Shown here: positions 38,013 through 51,079 of the stretch, piece by piece | Layout: each line of letters opens with the position of its first letter | Position numbering within the stretch: position 1 is the first letter of the stretch | NCBI RefSeq assembly: GCF_006345805.1 | Contig: NC_042998.1 | Span: 127,224,001-127,288,000 of the forward strand | DNA: 64,000 nt | DNA from: Octopus sinensis | Lineage: Eukaryota | Direction of reading: 5' to 3' | Made by a program: the position numbers and the translations under genes | Notes under the pieces: generated by a model | Told to the model about the DNA's origin: nothing | Seen by the model: only the letters and a program-made list of their open reading frames with translations | The model's database searches: none

Positions 38013-41000
38013 CACTAAGAGAGAAACTCACAAGCTGTAATGCAGGTAAGCTAAACAAGTGTGTATCAATTATCTTCAAGATGGCCATACCTGTAAAGAT
38101 TATCTCGCACAGGCAACGCAACCTCTACCTGCCAGACAAGAGGTTTTTAGAAATCGTCCTATCTGAAAGTCCACCAGAATATACAACTCACATCTCCCTC
38201 TTCCAGTCTCAGAATTGCTTTATAGTAATCGTTGTTTAATATCATTCACTAAACCTGTACATAAAATGTGTATTGACTTTCCACAATTCTATTGTAAGGT
38301 TGCTACAGCACAGTGAGATCATGGCTAGATTCCAGATGCCAAAGACCTTAAATTTACGTGCGTTCCATACAAGGTTCCCATTCCCCAAAATGAAACACTA
38401 CAAAAAGCATGCATCCAGACGCGTAAGGTACTGTTACATTCCGCCCCCAAAGTGAAACTAGGACAATATATTTGTACAAATGACGAGAGGTTACTAAACC
38501 AGATCCAAACATTCGTGTAAGTGTATATTTGTGTTTTCGTGGATTTGTGTGGGAGAATGACTTCTTTTCGGTGTAACGATGGTACTAAGACTACCTCTTT
38601 GCTTAATGATCTTGATCCCTATTTGTAATTCTTTTGAGAGACATTCCTGTTGTGATTATTTTAGGGACATTTCTGTTGCTGTTGTCTGGGATTGTAATTT
38701 TGGTATTAGCTTTGCCATTGCCGCAGCTGCAGGTGTACTAGTCGTTGCTGAAGTTGTGTTGACTTTAATGTTGCTGTGATTCTTGAGTTAGTAATAATTG
38801 AAATATTACTGTTTTCTCCTGGATTCAAGGTTGAATTCTTTTAGGTGGATGGTGACATCACATATTGCACTAAGGTGTTCTGCCTTCTACTGTCACAAAT
38901 CTGGTCGTTCGATCAGGTCCATGATGCTTTCCAGCTTTCATCATTCGTGTAGATAAGAAGACCCATAAGTGACCCGAGTTCATGGGGGCCACTGGTTCTG
39001 TTCCAAGATGCTACGTGCATTTATACTACTTGTTCTGAGGAAGAATATTTTTGTCAGAGAGGATAATGAAGAAAATCACTTAGCCTATTTCTGTGGAGAG
39101 ACAAATTTTCTGTCCTGGTTATTTGTGGGTGTTTCCTCAAGCATTTCTTTACAGTGTCTTTTATTTGTGGTCCCACGGAAACCAACCATTGCTTTGGGAT
39201 ATTTTACTTTCAGCTTCTTGTAAATTTGATGCATTGGTCTTATAATTTTTATGTGGATATGGGTATTGTGAGGGGGTGCAATATATTGACTTAGAGTAAT
39301 GTCTATGTAATTTTGTATATATTTCATTAAATTCATGTTGTTTGTGTGTATGGCCGTCTAATTCATGATGTCTTGGGAGTGTTGTCCATGTTGTTGGTCT
39401 GGATTGTTATGCTTCTTGTGGTGTTTGTAATTTTGATGGTGTTTGTAGTGCTGGAGATGTTTGTAATTGCGTTGTTGTAGGGTGTGTGATTACATGATAG
39501 TTTATTGTATTTTGTATCTCCTCTTCTAGTCTTTCTCTTTTTAGTCTTGCACCACGCTTTTCATTTTGTAATTGTTTTCTTCTCCTTTCACCAGGATCCA
39601 CGCTGGTGGGTTTCAAAGACTGTTTTCCCCGCTAGAAGAGTTTTCACAGTCCGAAAAATATGTGGCAGAAGGGAGAGATTTATCTGCAATAACGCATTTC
39701 TAAGCTGGTGGTATCGCCACTTAACGTGGGTAAACCTTCCCTCAGTTGTGATGGTGTAGGTGTTGCTATAGTTTTTCTCGGGTGGTGTACCGAAACTTGC
39801 TGCCGATGTTGAATAGATTTCTCCTGTTGCTCTTTCTGCTGATACTATTGTTGTTTTGCTTTTGGATGCTGCTACTGTTAGCACTGATGCTATTGGTGCT
39901 GTTGTTGTTTCTAGCGTTGCTGTTAGTTTTGTTGTAGTTTTGTTGTTGTGTTACAGTTGTCTGAGGAACTTTTACCTTTCTTTGCATGGGGTAAAAATCA
40001 CCAAATTGTTTCGCCATAAATGTGGCATCTTGGCTTTCTACTATCTACTGCAACAAAACGCTGTGTTCCATATTGGTAGGTTAATTAGGTCAAGGAGAGC
40101 TTTGGGACTGCCAGACCGGCGTAGAACAACAATTCCATGCCCGTGCCTTACCAATTCTCCTTTCCCATTTTGTGCACTTGCAAAATTTATATTTTGTTCT
40201 CTGTGCCGTATTATACGGCTGCAACAAACCAAGAGATATCCATTTCTGGTGGCATCTCCCGTACTTTTATTTTGACAACTCTCCAACCGAGCTATGTCGA
40301 AATTAGCCATAATTTCTCACTGTTGAGGGTTGTTGTGAGATTTTCTTTGGCTAATTCTTCAATTCGGAATCTAACCAAAACTGTGGTTAGATATTATTTT
40401 TTAAACCCAAACCGGTCTCAGCTATTTTTTCATTTGGGCCTGCTTCTCTCGCTCCAGTTCCCTTCTCTTTAATGATATACTTTTGTATATAATAGGGTTT
40501 TTTCTTAGTGTCTTCTTGCGCTTAAGTATGACTGTTCTGCCATTTTGTGCAGCTTAGTGGCGATCAAAATTTTTTGTCTGATCTCGACTTTTTTCCATAT
40601 TCCGACATGCTTATGCGAAGCCGTTCCTATTCTACCTAGAAAAGAGAAAAGCCTTTTATTAATGATTGTAGTGGTGGTTGTGGGTCGGGGGCGGAAGAGG
40701 TCGTGCTTGCCTCATTTTTTAATATATTTTGCTCGTTGCTACTGCTTCTGTTGCTGTTGCCGTTGTTGTTTTGTAGCTGTTGTTGTTGTTGTTGTTGTTA
40801 CGTAACAAGACGGGTAAGGGTGATTAGGTGATGGTCTAGGGCTTAGGAGCGGGAGACCCCAGACCTTGGAAAAAAAAATCTTTGGTCGTCTTTTTGTAGT
40901 CGAGGGCTCTTCGTTGACGCCCGATACCATTCGAAGTCGCTGGAAATGGAGATCTCCAGGTCCAAACTCTTGAACGGTTGTTGTTGTTGCTGCTGTCTGT

Positions 41001-41307
41001 GCTTCGTTTTTCGACCACATTATCTAGTGGTGGTAAAACAATGTCATAGCGGCTATTCCAACAACCATGGGTACCCTCGATTTGCAAAGTCATATTGTTA
41101 TTTATGTTTTAAAATATTAAATATGCGAATTTAATTCTCAAAATTTGCCCTTAAAGACCGAATTCTCGACACACCAGCTGTCTCGCTTTCAGCGAGCCGG
41201 GTTATTTAGTTACTAGTTCAACAAAACTGTAAACACCGACTAATAAAACAACAAATTTTAAAGATAAAATACGAATCACAAACATGCGTCCTCGTGTTCC
41301 AGACGCA
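37000..41307 (-). mobile_element. Heavily decayed, internally deleted Tx1/L1-type LINE
   Basis: Remnants ELWKVNTHFM (WKLNxSLL), SADD and ASVIRYSL; A/C-rich ORF1-like region 38600-41000; 5' end abuts an (AAT) tract. Confidence 0.45.
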
Positions 41308-41314
41308 AATAATA

Positions 41315-41499
41315 ATAAATGGAAGGAGGACTATTCGATTACATCGATCCCACTTTTTAACTGGTATTTATTTCATCGACCCTGAAAAATTAAAAAGCAA
41401 AATGGACCTTAGTGAAATTTGAACTCAGAACGTAAATTCGGGAGAAATGTCGCTACGTATTTTGCCCAGCGTGCTAACGATTCTACAAGCTTGCCACTT
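41315..41499 (-). mobile_element. tRNA-derived SINE
   Basis: Reverse-complement match to the family (GTGGCAAGCTTGTAGAATCGTTAGCACGCTGGGC). Confidence 0.8.
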
Positions 41500-41582
41500 T
41501 AATAATAATGATGATAATAATAATAATAATAATAATAATGATGATGATGATGATGATGATGATGATTATGATGATAATAATG

Positions 41583-41624
<42 letters not shown>

Positions 41625-41653
41625 TAATAATAATAATAATAATGATGATGATG
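41500..41653. repeat. (AAT)n/(GAT)n microsatellite
   Basis: Directly visible. Confidence 0.95.
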
Positions 41654-41957
41654 TTTTATTTTGCCAGAGGTAACTAGAAGATAGGAACGATAAAAACACA
41701 AGAGTTTCAAAATGGAATAAGAACATCCTAGGTAGTGTTATGTTTTCTTACAAACTGTATGATAAAATGTAAGTTTAACGAGATAAGAATGTATAGAATT
41801 TGAAATGTACGATACACGCTACATTTAAAGTACAAAAGTCAATTAGTGATTGCTCCTGGCAAAAGATTTCACTGTGAACACGGCACTGTAAAAGCATATC
41901 TGCGTTGATAAACGTGATATATATATATATATATATATACCTATCTATCCAGCCTCC

Positions 41958-41991
<34 letters not shown>

Positions 41992-41997
<6 letters not shown>

Positions 41998-42623
41998 GTT
42001 TGTGTGTGCGTGTATATGTATGTATATGTATATTTGGTGCATGTATGTGTTTATCAATATGTATGCACACCCATAGATATACATATGGAGAGAAATATGT
42101 TGAGAGAGAATTGCATGTGTATATACATATATGCATAAATGTATAGATTCGTACAGGCGTATATGCATACGTATTTATACCCACACCCACTCAGATGTAA
42201 GTATATATTGTGTGTTTATATATATTCGATTATATATGTATTTAATTTTAATAAACACACTAATGTGCACAACAAGATAGGTTCAGATCAACTTTACTTT
42301 CGTTAAATGCGTTCCTATTTATGTAAACAACGTTATATTAGTGCGGGTGTGTATGTGCGCGCGCACGAGTACATGCGTGAGTGCGCGTATGTGTATTTGA
42401 ATATGAGCGTGGGTGAGTGTGTGCAAAGAGAAATAGAAAAAGAGAGAGAGAGAGAGAGAGACTGACAAATACACTGAGTGAAAATTATCAGGTAACTAGC
42501 ATTCTCTTACACATACATTTAAATTTTTTCTGATATATGAATGAATCTTTATGTACATTCCACAATTACCTGCATTGTCTGCAACCGATCTTGCACTAGG
42601 CGAATGCAATGTGCTCGAGGCAC

Positions 42624-42665
<42 letters not shown>

Positions 42666-42721
42666 ATATGTATGTATGTATATATATATACATATATATA
42701 TATACATATATATATATACAT

Positions 42722-42753
<32 letters not shown>

Positions 42754-43397
42754 CATGTTTGTGTGTGCGTGTATATGTATGTATATGTATATTTGGTGCA
42801 TGTATGTGTTTATCAATATGTATGCACACCCATAGATATACATATGGAGAGAAATATGTTGAGAGAGAATTGCATGTGTATATACATATATGCATAAATG
42901 TATAGATTCGTACAGGCGTATATGCATACGTATTTATACCCACACCCACTCAGATGTAAGTATATATTGTGTGTTTATATATATTCGATTATATATGTAT
43001 TTAATTTTAATAAACACACTAATGTGCACAACAAGATAGGTTCAGATCAACTTTACTTTCGTTAAATGCGTTCCTATTTATGTAAACAACGTTATATTAG
43101 TGCGGGTGTGTATGTGCGCGCGCACGAGTACATGCGTGAGTGCGCGTATGTGTATTTGAATATGAGCGTGGGTGAGTGTGTGCAAAGAGAAATAGAAAAA
43201 GAGAGAGAGAGAGAGAGAGACTGACAAATACACTGAGTGAAAATTATCAGGTAACTAGCATTCTCTTACACATACATTTAAATTTTTTCTGATATATGAA
43301 TGAATCTTTATGTACATTCCACAATTACCTGCATTGTCTGCAACCGATCTTGCACTAGGCGAATGCAATGTGCTCGAGGCACACACGCACACACACA

Positions 43398-43453
<56 letters not shown>

Positions 43454-43490
43454 ATATGTATGTATGTATATATATATACATATATATATA

Positions 43491-43510
<20 letters not shown>
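41992..43510. repeat. Near-perfect 759 bp tandem duplication bounded by (TA)n tracts
   Basis: ATACATGTTTGTGTGTGCG at 41992 and 42751; the unique parts look identical by eye. Confidence 0.9.
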
Positions 43511-43556
<46 letters not shown>

Positions 43557-44096
43557 ATGTGCACTGTTATACGTTTAATCCCACTGGCAAAGGATACAAC
43601 CTATACAAGTAAACATTAAAAAAATATTTTAATATTTGCGCTCGCAATATTTAATGTTTCTTACGACTTGTGTTCACCAGTGAAAAAGATAAAGTGAACA
43701 GTCCGCAAATGACCGCTATTTATAGTGGCTAGATAGTGGTAAAATTCGCAGGAAAAGATGGTACGAGATAATATTTCTATAGAACCAAAGGAAATAGATT
43801 GTACTTACGTCTCCCTCGCAGTGGAGTTAGTCATAAGAATATTTGTTCATTAGTATCTTATTGAAGCAGCAATTAATTGTTTATTTCTGCATGAAAATTT
43901 TTTGCTACCCAAGGACTGGATATTGCGCAACAAAACCTCTTAAATGTATTGATGTTTTTGAAGTACTTTCCGTGGCTTTAGACCCATAAATATCAATTTA
44001 CTTCCATTTGTCACACAGAGAATAATGTACCCGTGTGTATTAATGAGTGGTAGTTCCATCTTAAGTGAGCACACGTGAGTGTGATTTTGTGTGTGT

Positions 44097-44163
<67 letters not shown>

Positions 44164-44434
44164 GATAGATAGATAGGTACAGATCGCCATGTTGATTCGC
44201 TAGCCTCTGCACGCATATTTTTTTTCTCTCCTTCTTTCTGTGTTTTTTCTCTGTGTATCTCTCTGTTGAAGAGCGTAGGCTCGAAACGTTAAAGACTTGT
44301 TTTATTTATATTTCCTGAGCGCCATACTAATACAATTGTTTGTTTGTATTCCACCTGCCTTCGTCTTTTGTTTATTTCCGTAAACCTGCCTTCGTCTTTT
44401 GTCTATTTTCATAAAGCTTCCCGTTAGATAGATA
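44097..44434 (+). repeat. (GATA)n plus ~245 bp HHR-containing unit, left copy
   Basis: 44180-44425 nearly identical to 50413-50657; similar to the Neptune pLTR at 24590-24775. Confidence 0.9.
44258..44295 (+). ncRNA. Minimal hammerhead-like motif (A6U variant)
   Basis: TCTCT-CTGTTGA-A-GAGC gtag GCTC-GAAA-CG-TT-AAAGA. Confidence 0.55.
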
Positions 44435-44725
44435 ACTTTTTATTGTAGCCACACAGGGCTAAACACAGAATAAAAATGGACGAAATACAATGTAGAATTT
44501 TTTCTTTTCGAGGTGGGATGGGTGGGGAAAAAAAACAAAAAACGTTTGATCAATAGGGGTCTGTGGGTTGTGTGGTGTATAAAAAGCAATATATATATAT
44601 ATATAAGGTTCACAGTTTAGGCGTAGCCTTGGAAACAAAAACCTACAAAAAAGACCAAGGTCACCTCAGACAATTCGAAAAATAACACATGAGTAAGTCG
44701 CCTTACTTCTCGTTGTCTCTTTTGG

Positions 44726-47700
44726 TTACAGATTTATGCTTAAAATAGTGTCGTCTTTCATACTGACCATTTTTGCCACTTTTACCCACTTTTTATTAAA
44801 ACATTCGTTCGACAAAGCCTTCCTCTCTATTCTCATCCTCCTTTTCAAGTGGTACTTGAAAAAGTTGACGAGAGACTGACCAGAGAGGAAGGTGTTTGTT
44901 TGCAGTCCTTTCAAACGCGTCCACCACACACATTCTTTCGCCATAGCCATCAGCGTAACGAAAACCGTTTTCCCTTCCCGTTTAAAGGAAGGTGGTGGAA
45001 CAATATCCACGATAGACTCGGCCGATAGGCGAGCCTGACCTACACGTGACAACAGCTGTTCGACGAAGGATCACAGCTCTGAAATATCTGGACACTGCAC
45101 GAGTGCGTGCAGAACGGTTTCGTCGCTCTGACCGCATCTCGGGCAGGTCGGTCCGGTGATGGTTTTCGAACCGTGTCTGTAGCTCGTCTCTCGAACAGGT
45201 AGTGCGTCTCGATAGCACTGCCAAGCCAGGGATTTCTGGAAGTTATCCATAGGCCCCGGCCCGAACGTCGTCCTGAACAGGCGGGTTAGGAATTCCTCGT
45301 CGACGCCCAGGTTTGCCCCGAGTGTGTCGTCGGACCTCCCCTCCACTAGTTCTCTATAGAACGCTTTAGTCGTTTGTAAGTTGCACAAGTTTGACCCCGG
45401 TCGGCAGAGCTGCTGTAGAGCTTGGCGACACTCTCGGTGTCAATCGCCCAGTTTCGGTCTCTTTTTGATCCACGTTTGCAGTTCGGTCAGTGAGACGAGC
45501 TGCGGGAAGTCGCGCCTCACAAACGGCGCCCACACCTGTTCACCGTCGTCGATGAATTTCCAGAGATGTCGCAGTCTCAGCGCATGCCTGCGCATCATCA
45601 ATCACGGCATGCCCAGTCCTCCATTCAACGGATGTTGACAGCAAATGGACTTCCTCACCATCGGAACGCCACCCTTCCACAGGAAGCGGAAGAGTATGCG
45701 TTCCATTTTGGTGATGGTGGCGTCGGGACAAGGTACGACGGTCAGGCCGTAATCGATGACGGATGCGATGTACGCGTTCGCCACCTCCGCCCGGCCTTTT
45801 AGAGACAGCTTTCTCTCGGCCCATGTTTGGCTGAGAGCGACCACTCTAATCGGGATCTCGTCCCAGTTCTTATCCATTTGGAGGTCCGGACTGAACCAGA
45901 CCCCGAGCAATTTAACCGGTCCGTCCGTCCAGCGTCCCACTACTGAGCCGCAGTCGGACGGCATGGGCTTGCTTCTCCAGGTGCCGAGTAGCAAACCCAC
46001 TGACTTTTCCGGGTTAATCTTTGCTCCCGTCACCGTTTCGTATTTTCTTAGTGTCTCGCCTATCATCTTGATGTGTTTGTCGCTCGACACTATGACGGTG
46101 ACATCGTCCGCATATGCCGACACGCTCGTCCCGCAACCCAGTTCCCGTGGGATGCCCCTCAGTGACGCCAGCTTCCGCAGTAGCGGCTCGAGAGTCAATA
46201 CATACAGAAGCGCCGACAGGGGACACCCCTGACGGACCGAACGCGTGATGTCAAACTGTTTTGACAGGTAACCGTTCACCCGAATCACCGATCGGATGCC
46301 GCTATACAAGGCAGCGATCCAACCGCGGAAGACGGGACCGAAGCCAGCCGCCCTGAGGACGGCCGCCAAGTACCGATGGTCGACCCTATCGAAGGCTTTA
46401 GACTGATCCAAATTTATCAGCGCCCCACCCATGCCAGGATCCTTAACTACCCTGTCCACAATGTAGCGCATCAGATGGAGGTTGTCATGTATGGTTCTGC
46501 CCGGCACGGCGCATGTTTGCGCCCTGTCGACCAGTTTACCAATGACAAGCGCCAACCTCTCGGCTATTACTTTGGCCAAAATTTTCAAATCTGCGTTGAG
46601 CAGAGTGATGGGCCTGAAATTATCTATAAAATTCCCCTTGTTTGAGTCTTTCTTCAGCAACGTCACTGCACCTCGGCTCACGAAACCGGGATTCTCCCGT
46701 TTTGTTGCCAGTTGCAGTAGACTGATGCCAAGAGGTCGCCAAACAAGTCTGGCATTCGACAATACAGCTCGTAGGGTAAACCATCCAATCCAGGCGACTT
46801 ATCCCTCGCGCAGCCCGCCATCGCATCCCACACGTCAGCGGCTGTGATGGGACTTTCACAACACTCCGCTTCTCTTGCCGAGAGCCGCAGCAGGTCGGTC
46901 AGGTAGGCACTGAAATCCATCCCGCGTTCCGACCCACCACTCGCACCAAACAGTCGAGCAAAGTGCTGTTGAAAGGCCTCACACATCCTTTCGGGTTCGA
47001 GTAAACTGCATCCCTGTTGATCTATTAGAGACCGAATGGTGGATCTGTTGCCACGCTGCGCCTCCGCTACCCGGGCCTCTCGCGCAGCTCCAATCCCTTC
47101 GTTCCTTAAGGCACGCATTTTAGCTCTGACGACGCAACCTTCGTGCTTGGCGTTGAGGTGTTGGTCGAGGGCCATCCTCGCAGCCAGCACGTTGGTTGCG
47201 CTGCCAGTGGTAAGTGCCTCTTCTAGTTTCTTAACTAAGTCTCCCTCTACTCTATTTCGTTCTATCGCTAATTCCTTGCTAAACCTAATTGATTCCGATT
47301 TTATTGCCATTTTCAGGGCGTACCACCAGCGGTTGTTAACGACCGCTCCCGTCAGCGCCCTCTTAATTAACTCGCTAATCCGGTTCCTGTAAACCTGTCG
47401 CGCTAACAGCGACGTGTTCAGTTTCCAGTAACCGGGACCCTGCCTATGTGTTTTATCCAAGTCGAGCGTACACGTAACAAATTTGTGATCTGTGTAGCTG
47501 ACTATTTTAAATTGTGAACATCCTACACTATCCCTATCCGCTGTCCTGCATAGGATTCTATCTAGATAAGATCTCGACGATCCGACGCAGTTTGTCCAAG
47601 TCCACGTTGGCACGTTCGGATGGTCGAGTCGGAACCTGTCAGACAAATGGAAACGTCTGAGCAGGTCTTTGAGGCTCTTACACCTCCTTCTATTCCTATC

Positions 47701-48174
47701 CCTTCCCACATAATATAGATGCGTGTCCAAGGTAGCGTTCCAATCCCCTACTAACAGTAAAGGTCTAGACGTACCCAGGAAAACCTCTAGACGTCTGAAG
47801 AAATCCACCCGACCCGTTAAGGACGGTGCATAAACTGCCATCAGACGGAATGCACACCCATTTCTGCCATCCACGTCCAAGACAACCAGCCTACCCTCCG
47901 GGTCTAGGAATATTGCTCTTACTTTTACCTTTAGGCTCTTTCGAAAAAGCACCGCAGTACCTCCACCACCCATGTTCGGCAGACAGGGAGAAAAATAAAT
48001 GTCAAATTGATTGCCAAACATGGACACGAGGGCCCGCGGCTTACTGAGTCTGGTTTCACTGATAGCTACTATATCCACGTCCAGTGACTTGATGTCGTTT
48101 AGAAGGTAACCTTGCTTCCAAGCCGACGCCAAGCCACGCGCATTCACACAACCTAATTTAAGCATACTTGACAT
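44726..48174 (-). pseudogene. LINE ORF2: AP endonuclease, reverse transcriptase and C-terminal zinc finger, with a few frameshifts
   Basis: NARGL, ISET, GDWN, LDRIL, TDHK, WKLN; KSPGLDG, FRPITLLN, KAFDRV, RQGCPLS, YADD; CPRC..ETVLHALVQC; split over ORFs 46678..48174, 45602..46762, 45071..45388 and 44726..45052. Confidence 0.92.
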
Positions 48175-48673
48175 TTACGAAAATTGTGTTTTACACACTA
48201 TATTAGAAGAGACAAGAGGCAAGAAGTGAGGTCACTTACTCATTTTAAAAGTTTCATTTTTTCTTCTTCTTCTTTTGTATTGTTTTTGATGAGGTGTTTG
48301 TATAGTTTTTTCGACAGGTATCGTTGATACCCGCCTACCGCATTCGGAAATATTGTTTTCAGTATGTGTGCTTGTGTTCTGTGTAAAATTCTGATGTGTT
48401 TCGGTGGTGTGGTGTGCGGATGATTGTTTGTCTTAAAGTCATCTTCACAGATGACCATGTTAGATTTGATGTAGTCCATTAATTCTTTATTGTCTGTGTC
48501 TATTGCAGTTAGTTGTGTGTGTGGTTTTACGGGTTCATTACTTTTTTGATTGTCTAGGGGGATGTTGTCCTGAGTTAGATATCTCCCTGCTTTACTTCCT
48601 TGTTTGGTGGATTTTTTGGATCTTTTTTTTTACCCCCTTTGGCTATTTGCCATTCCGTCGAACGTTCGTCGTC

Positions 48674-50113
48674 CTATGTATCAGTATGGGGTAGAGGCAA
48701 AACATTTGCATTACTATGTATGCTTGTATAAATTGTTGATGTTTTGTGCGGTGTTTGTGTTGTTGTGGTGTTAGGGGTAGCATTTGTCTTCTCGTCAGTG
48801 TTTTCTGTCTTTTTAATTGTCGTCCTGGGTGTGGGTGTGGGTCTATTTTTTGTTGATTCAACATGTTTAATTGGTTGTGACGTCAACGGTGATTGTGTTG
48901 GTAGTGTTTCTTTTCTTGGTGATGTTGGGGTTTGTTTGCTGGTTTGTTGTTTTTCTTGGCATTGTTCCATAATTGAGTGTGTTGGTGTTGGTGTTGGCAA
49001 CAAAGGGATTTTATTTGTTTTCTGATTTGTTCTTTCTTGTTTTTTCTGTACCAGATCGCACTTGGCAATCAAATGTTCGGGGCTGCCACATTTGTAGCAT
49101 CTAGTCTTTTGGCCTTCTGCCACAACATATAGGTATTGCCCATTCTCCAAGTGGATCTTATCCGGTAGGCTCTCGATAGAGGCCCCCTCAATCTGGATGG
49201 TCACCACTATTGTCTTCCCACCCCAAATGTCGCCAGGGTACACGGTGGTCTCCAAAATATTAATATTTTTTAAATGGTAACAGATTGCCCCTGTTATCCA
49301 TTTGTTAGGAAGCTCGGGAGGTACATTTTTAATTGTGATTAGACTCACTCTCTGGTTTTTGTAGTATGGGACCATGATGATTTCATCATTTCCCAGAGAC
49401 TCAGTAGAGTGAGCTTTTGCCACTTCCTGGTTAGGGAAGCGGACCACTACTGTGTTAAACTGGGGACCCCAGTTTATATACTCTTTTTCTTTCATTATGT
49501 TTTTTAAACATTTTTCCACATCAGTTTTTGTAATCTGTTCATTTAGTTTTTTGTTTTTTCTAATAATTTTATATACAATTGTCTTATTTTCTATTTCTTG
49601 CTTTATGTGTTGAGGTGTATGCAGCACTAAATCTTGTCCACGGGTTGTAAAGAGAGCTCTTGTTTCTATGAGCTCTTCATTTGTGAATGTTACTATTTCC
49701 TTCTTCTGGCGAAGAGTGTCCGCGAAATTTACTGTTGTTGATTTTTTTGTATTAACATCTTCACTATTAGATAGTTCATTTTTATTGTTGTTCTTGTTGT
49801 TGCTGTTGTTTTTGTCAATAGTTTTCGTGTGAGTTTTATTTTTATCATTTATGTTGGTCGTGGTAGTGGTGGTGGTGGTGGTGGTGGAGGTGGTGGTGGT
49901 AGCAGTAGTAGTCTCGTGGTTGCTGTTGTTAGTGGTGGTGGTAGCGGTGGTGACAGGGCTGTTACCGGACGTGGTTGCAGCTTTCATTTTACCGATATTC
50001 ATATTTGCACTTTCCGTGCGTACGTTCTTTTTTTTCTCTATCGTTTCCAGACTAGGAAAATGTTGTTCCATAAAAGAACGCGACCAGCGTTCTACAATAA
50101 AATTTCTAGACAT
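48674..50113 (-). CDS. LINE ORF1 gag-like nucleic-acid binding protein with CCHC zinc knuckle
   Basis: 479 aa ORF; ITIKNVPPEL and CYKCGSPEHLIAKC; may originally extend to ~48240 across a frameshift. Confidence 0.85.
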   Translation of the reverse strand: MSRNFIVERWSRSFMEQHFPSLETIEKKKNVRTESANMNIGKMKAATTSGNSPVTTATTTTNNSNHETTTATTTTSTTTTTTTTTTNINDKNKTHTKTIDKNNSNNKNNNKNELSNSEDVNTKKSTTVNFADTLRQKKEIVTFTNEELIETRALFTTRGQDLVLHTPQHIKQEIENKTIVYKIIRKNKKLNEQITKTDVEKCLKNIMKEKEYINWGPQFNTVVVRFPNQEVAKAHSTESLGNDEIIMVPYYKNQRVSLITIKNVPPELPNKWITGAICYHLKNINILETTVYPGDIWGGKTIVVTIQIEGASIESLPDKIHLENGQYLYVVAEGQKTRCYKCGSPEHLIAKCDLVQKKQERTNQKTNKIPLLPTPTPTHSIMEQCQEKQQTSKQTPTSPRKETLPTQSPLTSQPIKHVESTKNRPTPTPRTTIKKTENTDEKTNATPNTTTTQTPHKTSTIYTSIHSNANVLPLPHTDT

Positions 50114-50312
50114 TTTCTAATGTCGAGAATAAAATTACAGAAATGAAATGGGGTTGAAACTGCCCCTAGGGGCGAATTCCTCCCTTGGAAAAGCACTCAA
50201 ACGAAAGTTGGTTGCCTTACACACCTTATTTGCAAAAATGTACACAAAAATTGGGCTATAAATAGTCAAAATAAACGATTACCTTCGGAGCCGAACTGAC
50301 ATCACGTCCGTC

Positions 50313-50398
<86 letters not shown>

Positions 50399-50686
50399 AG
50401 GATAGATAGATACAGATCGCCATGTTGATTCGCTAGCCTCTGCACGCATATTTTTTTCTCTCCTTCTTTCTGTGTTTTTTCTCTGTGTATCTCTCTGTTG
50501 AAGAGCGTAGGCTCGAAACGTCAAAGACTTGTTTTATTTATATTTCCTGAGCGCCATACTAATACAATTGTTTTTTTGTATTCCACCTGCCTTCGTCTTT
50601 TGTTTATTTCCGTAAACCTGCCTTCGTCTTTTGTCTATTTTCATAAAGCTTCCCGTTAGATAGATAGATAGATAGATAGATTCATG

Positions 50687-50729
<43 letters not shown>

Positions 50730-50776
50730 TGATTGATTGATAGATAGATTGATAGATAGATAGATAGATAGATAGA

Positions 50777-50810
<34 letters not shown>
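50313..50810 (+). repeat. (GATA)n, ~245 bp HHR-containing unit (right copy), (GATA)n
   Basis: 50413-50657 duplicates 44180-44425. Confidence 0.9.
50490..50527 (+). ncRNA. Minimal hammerhead-like motif (A6U variant, GUC triplet)
   Basis: TCTCT-CTGTTGA-A-GAGC gtag GCTC-GAAA-CG-TC-AAAGA. Confidence 0.55.
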
Positions 50811-50812
<2 letters not shown>

Positions 50813-50830
50813 TCTATATATATCCTTATC

Positions 50831-50865
<35 letters not shown>

Positions 50866-51079
50866 ACAAAATTCAAATAAGTCATCATTATCGTTAAAAA
50901 ATAATAATGAAGTGGCAAATATAATCCAAATAACCAAAATATATATTAAAAGTGAGGGTACAATATGCACCTGCTTGCTTGAAAGAAGAGCTAAAACTCT
51001 TCGAAACCACGTATCTCTTACTATATGTAAACACGTACGGATTATGTAGCAAATATTCTAAAATAAACAATCGTCCCCA

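Larger units (their letters stand above)
44435..50312 (-). mobile_element. Full-length Tx1/L1-clade non-LTR retrotransposon inserted in (TATC)n
   Basis: 5' UTR, ORF1, ORF2 (APE-RT-CCHC) and 3' UTR ending AATAAAAAGT; both ends abut GATA repeats. Confidence 0.93.

Noticed and set aside
44097-50657. LTR retrotransposon call based on the flanking direct repeats
   Set aside because: Internal ORFs are APE-RT of LINE type; no protease, integrase, TG..CA ends or primer-binding site seen
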